A stretch of 25,492 nt of DNA from a virus (taxonomy: Duplodnaviria; Caudoviricetes): the IMG/VR virus record IMGVR_UViG_3300008266_001092, positions 1 through 25,492 of that record. One strand, written 5' to 3'. Under the pieces are notes generated by a model. The model saw only the letters and a list, made by a program, of their open reading frames with translations. It was not told the DNA's origin and ran no database searches. Both the position numbers and the translations under genes were made by a program. Shown here piece after piece: positions 15,402 to 22,278 of this stretch (positions are counted from its first letter, which is position 1; every line of letters begins with the position of its first letter).

Positions 15402-15959
15402 GTGATGGCCAAGAAACCAAAGAGTCTTTCCAGCGACCCAGTCGCCGATGTGACAGGTAAGCCGCAAACAAAAGAGGTGACCAAGACAGGCAGACCTTCC
15501 AAGTACACGGATGAGCTAGTCAATACCATCTGTTTACGTATAGCAGAAGGGGAAAGTCTGAACAAAATATGCAAAGACGAGAAGATGCCAGACAAGGCGA
15601 CCGTGTTCCGTTGGTTGGTGAACGATCAAGTCTTTTGCGACAAATACGCACGTGCGCGTGAACTTCAGGCTGAGACGCAGTTTGATGAATTGATCGACAT
15701 CGTTGACCAACACCCTGATTTAGCTCACGTCATAGGCAAAAACGGTGAGGTGATCGAGGTCAAGTTCGATTCTTCCTACGTACAGTGGATGAAGCTTAGG
15801 GTTGACACCCGCAAGTGGACAGCCGCTCGCATGGCGCCTAAGAAGTACGGTGAGCACAAGCAGGCTGAACAAGAGTTCGATCCGATGGTCATTGACGTGG
15901 ATGTGAAGAAGATGATGGACGTTGCCCTTAAGCGTCTTGAGATGTCACGGATCAATTGA
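15402..15959 (+). CDS. terS: terminase small subunit (Sf6/P22-like HTH)
   Basis: 'GRPSKYT.EL...IC.RIAEGESL..IC....MP...TVFRWL', 'KLRVDTRKW.AARMAPKKYG'; directly upstream of terL. Confidence 0.9.
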   Translation: MMAKKPKSLSSDPVADVTGKPQTKEVTKTGRPSKYTDELVNTICLRIAEGESLNKICKDEKMPDKATVFRWLVNDQVFCDKYARARELQAETQFDELIDIVDQHPDLAHVIGKNGEVIEVKFDSSYVQWMKLRVDTRKWTAARMAPKKYGEHKQAEQEFDPMVIDVDVKKMMDVALKRLEMSRIN

Positions 15960-17428
15960 TGAGCGAAACAAGAATCATCAGTGATGCTGAGGCCAATCAA
16001 CTTACCGCGGAACTCTTAAAAGAAGTCCAACAGAAAGCCAGCCCCTACTGGCGTATAGCCATTGCAAAGCGCTCAGAATGGCTTACAGGCGCTTTTGATC
16101 ACCAGAAGCCACCAGAGGGTGAGCCTTGGGGTGAAGACAAGCAATGGGGAATATGGCTCATGTTAGCTGGCCGAGGCGCCGGCAAGACCCGTACCGCGGC
16201 TGAACAGCTTTGGTGGTGGGCATGGGAGAACCCCAAAACCCGATGGCTCGTGTCAGCTCCTACGTCTATGGACGTTAGGGGTACGTGTTTTGAGGGTGAG
16301 TCAGGGCTGATGGCTGTGATCCCACCTGCGTTGATACGAGACTACAACAAAGCCCTACATGAAATTGTCCTAATCAACGGGAGCCTGATCAAAGGTATCA
16401 GCGCCAGCGAACCTGATCGCTTCCGTGGTGGCCAGTATCACGGCGCATGGCTGGACGAGCTGGCCGCTTGGGATTACCTTGACGAAGCGTGGTACAACAT
16501 CCAGTTCGCCGTGCGTCTAAAGAAGGACGACGGTAGGACGCAGATCATTGCCACGACTACCCCACGTCCCAAAGACCTGATCGTAGAGCTCATAGGGCGT
16601 GAAGGAGACGACGTAGCGCTCACCACGGCATCTACCTATGTCAACCTAGAAAACCTTGCGCCAAGCTTCAAGAAGCAGATCCTCGCCTTTGAAGGAACCC
16701 GCATAGGACGTCAGGAAATCCACGCGGAGCTCATAGACCCCGAGGAATCAGGTATCGTCAAGCGCGAGATGTTTAAGCTTTGGGCGCCCAACAAGGCGTT
16801 CCCCAAGTTCGAGTACATCCTACAAAGCTACGATTGCGCCAGCTCAGAGAAGACTGTCAACGATCCAACAGCGTCCATCACGTTCGGCGTGTTCAAGCCA
16901 CTAGACGGCCCCATGTCCGCGATGGTGATCGACTGTTGGCAGGATCGCCTGCAATACCCAGACCTACGCCCCAAGGTGATTGAGGAGTACGACGTGGTGT
17001 ACGGCGAGGGCAAAGAGAAGAAGCGCATAGACCTAATCCTTGTGGAGGACAAGTCCTCGGGCATAGCTCTTATACAAGACTTGCAACGAGCGCACCTGCC
17101 TGTTCGGGCGTACAACCCCGGTCGGGCTGACAAGATCCAACGCCTGAACATCGTGTCCAACATCATCGCCGCTGGGCGTGTATGGATCCCTGAGAGCGGC
17201 GTTAGGAGGGGCTACGTCAAGGACTGGGCTGAGGGCTTCGTGTCCCAGATCTGTAGCTTCCCTGACTCAACCCACGACGACTTTGTGGACGCCTGCACCC
17301 AAGGCTTGCGGTTCCTACGCGATGCTGGCTGGCTGGACATCGATGGCGCCCCAAGGGACGACTATGACGAGGACGACTACTTGGACAGTGGCATGGCTAA
17401 GAAGCGCGAGAACCCATATTCACAATGA
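15959..17428 (+). CDS. terL: terminase large subunit
   Basis: Walker A AGRGAGKT, Walker B WLDE, motif III TTTP, RNase H-like nuclease SYD...HDDFVDA. Confidence 0.95.
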   Translation: MSETRIISDAEANQLTAELLKEVQQKASPYWRIAIAKRSEWLTGAFDHQKPPEGEPWGEDKQWGIWLMLAGRGAGKTRTAAEQLWWWAWENPKTRWLVSAPTSMDVRGTCFEGESGLMAVIPPALIRDYNKALHEIVLINGSLIKGISASEPDRFRGGQYHGAWLDELAAWDYLDEAWYNIQFAVRLKKDDGRTQIIATTTPRPKDLIVELIGREGDDVALTTASTYVNLENLAPSFKKQILAFEGTRIGRQEIHAELIDPEESGIVKREMFKLWAPNKAFPKFEYILQSYDCASSEKTVNDPTASITFGVFKPLDGPMSAMVIDCWQDRLQYPDLRPKVIEEYDVVYGEGKEKKRIDLILVEDKSSGIALIQDLQRAHLPVRAYNPGRADKIQRLNIVSNIIAAGRVWIPESGVRRGYVKDWAEGFVSQICSFPDSTHDDFVDACTQGLRFLRDAGWLDIDGAPRDDYDEDDYLDSGMAKKRENPYSQ

Positions 17429-17457
17429 TGGACGAACTCCAACACCCAAGGTATCAT
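17429..17457 (+). promoter_or_regulatory. putative sigma70 promoter for the polyprotein locus
   Basis: TGGACG-17-TATCAT immediately after the terL stop. Confidence 0.45.
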
Positions 17458-17487
17458 TGGGCTAACAGCAACTCAGCGGGATAAGCC

Positions 17488-18096
17488 ATGGCTGACGAAA
17501 ACAAACCAGCGTTCTACCCACGAGTTGGGAACATTAGGAATAAGAACTTCAAGTCGGCTCAGCCAATGCCGTTCATTGATGACGAACGTGCGATGGAGCT
17601 TCCGCAGTACAGCGAGTTCATCCCTAAGCTTGGAACGGTTGACCTTAGCGTCCCTACTAAAGAGAACCGAGAGCTGAACAGACGCATTACCCAACGTGAC
17701 GCTGACCTCATGCGCCAAGTGCAGGCTGACAGGTCTTTCCCTGAGAAGCTGGCTGGTGGCTTACAGGCTGGTAGGTTGATGGGTTCAGCCCTCGCTCAAT
17801 CTGTTGCTTCAATCCCTACAGCGATCACCAAGGGCGGTAAAGCCGCTGAGGAGTACATCGCCGAGAACATGTACAAGCCTACACAGCCCTTGGCGTATGA
17901 GTACGCTGGTGACATTGGCGACTTCCTTGAGAAGCTCGAGACACAGTACAAGATCCCACCAGTGCTACCCGAGGCGATGGCTTTGCAGTACTTGACAGGC
18001 CCCGCCACAGCCCAAGCCATGAGAACAGCAGGCAAGGGAGCAGAGCAGGCTGGCAGAGCGATTGAGCGCCGTATGGAGCCCGTTGTCAGGGGATGA
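17488..18096 (+). CDS. leader module of polyvalent protein A (probably split from 18093)
   Basis: 202 aa; both ends resemble the internal leader at 20601-20993. Confidence 0.7.
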   Translation: MADENKPAFYPRVGNIRNKNFKSAQPMPFIDDERAMELPQYSEFIPKLGTVDLSVPTKENRELNRRITQRDADLMRQVQADRSFPEKLAGGLQAGRLMGSALAQSVASIPTAITKGGKAAEEYIAENMYKPTQPLAYEYAGDIGDFLEKLETQYKIPPVLPEAMALQYLTGPATAQAMRTAGKGAEQAGRAIERRMEPVVRG

Positions 18097-21000
18097 TCAA
18101 GCCCAAGGGTGGTAACTGGCTCCGTGGTGATGTTGAAAAAGCTCTTGATCCTTTGCTTGCACAAGGCATGATCAATAACCGCAACATTCCTTATGGCCCA
18201 GAATTTGATCTTGCTATCCGCCAACGTATTGAAGATTTAAAACAAGCCGCAAGCCAGCCAGACTACAAGGGTGGCGCAGGAAGGGTTGCCGAGCATCTTG
18301 AAAGAGAGATGGAAAACCCAAGAACAAATGAAGTTGCTTTGAACAAATGGATTCAAAGTAACTTGACCAACTATGTCAAGAAGGAAATGGGCACGCCTGA
18401 AGACCCAGTGCGTAAGCTGGCAGAGCAAGGCATCAGCCATTTGCCTAGAGACTTGCAAAACATTGAGATGACTTGGACGCCTGAAGAGTTGGCTAAAACA
18501 CGCAAGCGTTTTGGATTTCCAGAAGAAGAAACCGCAACAAATCCAACTGCCAAGATGTGGGAGCAGATGGCTGACGAAATGATTGCTCCAAGCAGAGCTA
18601 CAGAATTTGGGGAAAAAGCAAGACAGCAAAACCCTTGGCTTGAAAAATTAAACCCCTATGACACGGTCTACGAAACAATGCGTGGGATGCCTCAAGCTCT
18701 AAAATTTGACCATATTGTTGACGTGCTTAGGCAAGACGTAGCCTCTGGTCGCATCCGCCCTGAGCAACTGAACAAGGTCAGCATGGAGCAGGCTGTACGC
18801 CGCACCTTTGAGTATGACCAAGAGCTTGCACGTAAGATGAACGAGGCTCGTGCTACATCTCGTGCCGAGTTACCTGTTTATAAAGATTATCCAGAAGGCT
18901 TTAAGTGGGTGGAGCTGAACCGCCCCGGCGACTTTGCCGCAGAGTCAGACGCCATGGGACACTCAGTTCGTGGGTATGAGCCACCAAAAGGGCATCCTGA
19001 TTGGGTAGAGGGTTCTAGTGATAGCGGTAGTTCATCATATGGTTTAGGTGGATGGGAAGCCATAAAAAGTGGCGATGCAAAAGTTTACTCATTAGTTGAT
19101 GCCAAAGGCGAGCCTCATGTTACCGTTGAGGTTGGCAAAGCAAGACCAACTCAAGCCGACATTGAAAAGCAACCTCAAGAAGTGCAAGACGAATTTACAA
19201 GGCGTTTTGACAATTGGGTATATGGCATTGATTACAGACCAAGCCCAGAAGAAATAAAGCGCGAAACTGAACTTTTGTTTAAGGACATGAAAATTCCTAC
19301 AAATGAACAAATTGTTCAAATCAAAGGCAAGGGCAACGCCAAGCCCAAAGACGACTACCTGCCATTTGTTCAGGATTTCGTTAAAGGCGCAAATTGGTCT
19401 GATGTTGGAGACCTAAAAAACACAGGCTTATACAGAGCCGACCCTGACGAGCTTGGTATGTTTATTCCTACTGATCCAAGACTGCAACACATGCCGGGAC
19501 GCAGGTCAGAAGATTTTCATAGAGCTAAAGAAGCTGGCTTGTTTGGTGAAAACAAATATCTAACACGCAATGAATGGGAAGACATCCTGCGCAAACAAAT
19601 TGAGTCTGAGTCTGGCCCTCTCCCGCCTTTGCCAGACGAAGGCATGAAGCGTGGAGGCAAGGTCTCCATCTCCAACAACCCTGACACTATGATGCTCGAG
19701 GTGAACAACCAAAAGATGAAGAACGGTGAGCCAGCTTATGCAGGTGGCAAGCTCATAATCGGCAAGGGTTTGAAAGCGGCTAAGCCCCCAAAGGTTGAAA
19801 TCCCACGCATTGCCATGCAGTTTGGCAACGACCTTGAGCTGAACATGAACGAGGTTGAGAACTTGGCAAGGCGCTATCCTTCGGTGGATCGCATCAACAT
19901 GAACTACAAGGACGTCACAAAGCGCGTCCCAGAGCTCACAGAAGCCGCTCAGAAGCTTCAAGCAGGTGAGCTTGACCGTGAGACCTACGCCAAGCTTGTG
20001 CAGGCTCTGAAGCCCGTTAAGCCCTACGACTTTGTACCCAAGCCTGCCACAGCAGAAGAAGCTAGGGGAGCACTGAAGGAAGATGCACGAGATACATACG
20101 GCATTCCATCCCAAACGCTTAAGGCTGGGCACCCAGTGGGTTTACGCTTGGACATCCCTGCCTACACAAACAAAGGTGTGTGGGTGCCCACTGTCCACGA
20201 GCAGGACTCTGGCTTTGGTGCAGGCAAGAAGATTGGTCACGAGAGCGTAGCCTCCGTGCTCAACCCTGAGTTCGGCATGTCTGAGAAAGCGGCTCTGAGC
20301 ATTGCAAGCGGCAAGCCCAAGGGAACCATAGCAACGATCAAGGGTGATTGGAACCCAACGAGCGAGGCGGACATTATTGCCAAGGCTAAGGAGTATCTGA
20401 AGCACCCAGAGTGGCGTCAGGTTGGCATGGATCCAGAGCGTCACAGCTACTTCTATGATCGCGAGACCATGGCGCCTGTGATCAATGCTGAGGAGGTCAT
20501 TCAGATCGGCCCCCTCGTGCTGGCAAAGAACCCCAAGTTTGGCAAGCCTGAAGACTTCAAGTACGCCAAGGGCGGCTTGGCTCACATGAAAGAGGGCGGT
20601 TCAGAAGACGACGCTAAGCCCTACTTCGGCGGTGCTGGCACAAAGAAGTACGCCCCTGCTAAAAAGCGAGCTGAGGACGCAGACGTCAACCTGCTCAAAG
20701 ATCCGCGCACCTACGCCACTGTCGCTGGCTTCATGGGCGAACGTCCAGATGAGATGGGCTTTAGCGTCTTGCACCCTGACTACCAAGGCGTTAGAGAAGC
20801 GGCTGATCCTGCGTTCTATGCTGGTACAGCGTTAGGCGTTGCCCCAATGATGAAGGTGTTAAAAGCGCCAGCCATGGCGTTAGGCAGAGCTGGTGAGAAG
20901 CTTGCTGAGAATGTTGTTCCGCAGATCATGGAGCGTGGTGGCGTTGGAGCTGACATTCTTGGTGGGCTGGCGCAGGGTACACGCTCAAACATCCACTTGC

Positions 21001-21782
21001 CACACACTGAAAAGAGCCCCGATCCCACAGTGGGAACACGCTATAAGCGCACAGACATTGGCGGCTTAGTTCCACGCAAAGATCTGGACATTGAGAAGCT
21101 TGACAAGTCCAGCGTGAAGGTTTTCCCTTGGGATGCATCTGACCGCAACAAGCTTGTGACTGAAGTCAGTGACATACCGTTGACCAATCCTGTGTTGCTA
21201 GAAGGTGGCGACAACTACATGCGTGACATCAAGCACGTCAAGAAGCGTATTGCTGGCGCTTCTAACGAAGGTATTGCAAACCGCATTCAGGATCGTATTG
21301 ACCAAGCCTCCGTAGAGAACCAGATTCTTGGTGGCACTGGAAAGGTTTTTGGCTTCCCCATCCGTATGGCTGACAAGGCTGAACATGCGTCAACATTCCC
21401 AACTGACATTGCGATGGACTTGCTTAAACAGGGTAACCTCAGCAGAAAAGAGCTAGATGACCTGACCAATGAGTTGCGTGGCATGTCTTTTGAAGCTAAA
21501 GGCAAAGGTTACTTCCAGAACGTCGCGCCAATTGATTCGCCTGAGTTCTTGGTTCAGCTTCGCGAAGGCATCAAGGGCAACAAGGAAAAAGGCATTACGT
21601 CTGTTACGGACATGAATTTGCGTCGGGCACTGATGGATCGCCTGAGCCAAAAGAAGTTTCAAAAGCGCCTTGAGTACAACTATCCAGACCTAATCGGATC
21701 TGTCATTGCAGACGAGCTTAAAGGCGTCCCAAAGGGATATGCCAAACATGCCTGTAGAGTTTTTGATGTCAAACACATTTGA
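18093..21782 (+). CDS. large polyvalent protein A: PcfJ-like domain plus two unknown domains, GG-linked
   Basis: PcfJ-like motifs E..AMGHSV..Y, VYSL.D..GEPHVTVEV, QIKGKGN; linkers MKRGG, AYAGG, YAKGG, MKEGG; the last ~14 codons appear out of frame. Confidence 0.75.
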   Translation: MIKPKGGNWLRGDVEKALDPLLAQGMINNRNIPYGPEFDLAIRQRIEDLKQAASQPDYKGGAGRVAEHLEREMENPRTNEVALNKWIQSNLTNYVKKEMGTPEDPVRKLAEQGISHLPRDLQNIEMTWTPEELAKTRKRFGFPEEETATNPTAKMWEQMADEMIAPSRATEFGEKARQQNPWLEKLNPYDTVYETMRGMPQALKFDHIVDVLRQDVASGRIRPEQLNKVSMEQAVRRTFEYDQELARKMNEARATSRAELPVYKDYPEGFKWVELNRPGDFAAESDAMGHSVRGYEPPKGHPDWVEGSSDSGSSSYGLGGWEAIKSGDAKVYSLVDAKGEPHVTVEVGKARPTQADIEKQPQEVQDEFTRRFDNWVYGIDYRPSPEEIKRETELLFKDMKIPTNEQIVQIKGKGNAKPKDDYLPFVQDFVKGANWSDVGDLKNTGLYRADPDELGMFIPTDPRLQHMPGRRSEDFHRAKEAGLFGENKYLTRNEWEDILRKQIESESGPLPPLPDEGMKRGGKVSISNNPDTMMLEVNNQKMKNGEPAYAGGKLIIGKGLKAAKPPKVEIPRIAMQFGNDLELNMNEVENLARRYPSVDRINMNYKDVTKRVPELTEAAQKLQAGELDRETYAKLVQALKPVKPYDFVPKPATAEEARGALKEDARDTYGIPSQTLKAGHPVGLRLDIPAYTNKGVWVPTVHEQDSGFGAGKKIGHESVASVLNPEFGMSEKAALSIASGKPKGTIATIKGDWNPTSEADIIAKAKEYLKHPEWRQVGMDPERHSYFYDRETMAPVINAEEVIQIGPLVLAKNPKFGKPEDFKYAKGGLAHMKEGGSEDDAKPYFGGAGTKKYAPAKKRAEDADVNLLKDPRTYATVAGFMGERPDEMGFSVLHPDYQGVREAADPAFYAGTALGVAPMMKVLKAPAMALGRAGEKLAENVVPQIMERGGVGADILGGLAQGTRSNIHLPHTEKSPDPTVGTRYKRTDIGGLVPRKDLDIEKLDKSSVKVFPWDASDRNKLVTEVSDIPLTNPVLLEGGDNYMRDIKHVKKRIAGASNEGIANRIQDRIDQASVENQILGGTGKVFGFPIRMADKAEHASTFPTDIAMDLLKQGNLSRKELDDLTNELRGMSFEAKGKGYFQNVAPIDSPEFLVQLREGIKGNKEKGITSVTDMNLRRALMDRLSQKKFQKRLEYNYPDLIGSVIADELKGVPKGYAKHACRVFDVKHI

Positions 21783-22278
21783 AGGCATCTATCGTGAGAT
21801 GAAGGCGTTGTACCCAAGCGCAAAGCCAGAAGCGTTGCGCAACATGGCTATTGGAGCTATGGAGAAGCGCAAGGAAAATATCTCTGAGATGATCGGCCCT
21901 CGCTCCATCGATGCCGTCAAGCTCTACCAAGAAGGCTTGAAGCAGGGCGAGTTTGATCCTAACGACATCAAGCAGATCTATGATTACATGCGTAGGAAGA
22001 AGTTTCAGCTTAAGCTTAAAGACGGCGGAACCGTTAAAAAGCCAGCAGGAGCTGTCAAGCAACCAGCCGCCTACATTGATGGCAGTGAGTTCGTAGAAGC
22101 CGCTCAGAAGTACGGCATCAAGGACAGCATGAACAACCTCAACAAGATCGTAGACCTTGTCAACAAGGGCTTGTCAGTAGATGACGCGGCGCGTCAAGTT
22201 GCTGACAGTGGTATGCACAAAGCCGCTGGTGGTGCTATCACTGGTGACGATCTGATCTTAGAGGAGAGACCGCTATGA
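21739..22278 (+). CDS. C-terminal part of polyvalent protein A (+1 frame)
   Basis: MPNMPVEFL...; overlaps the previous ORF by 44 nt; contains LKDGG and KAAGG linkers. Confidence 0.65.
   Translation: MPNMPVEFLMSNTFEGIYREMKALYPSAKPEALRNMAIGAMEKRKENISEMIGPRSIDAVKLYQEGLKQGEFDPNDIKQIYDYMRRKKFQLKLKDGGTVKKPAGAVKQPAAYIDGSEFVEAAQKYGIKDSMNNLNKIVDLVNKGLSVDDAARQVADSGMHKAAGGAITGDDLILEERPL

Noticed and set aside
21731-21737. A-AAG-GGA slippery heptamer at frame break 2
   Set aside because: It would give a -1 shift, which hits TAG within a few codons; the continuing ORF is in +1.
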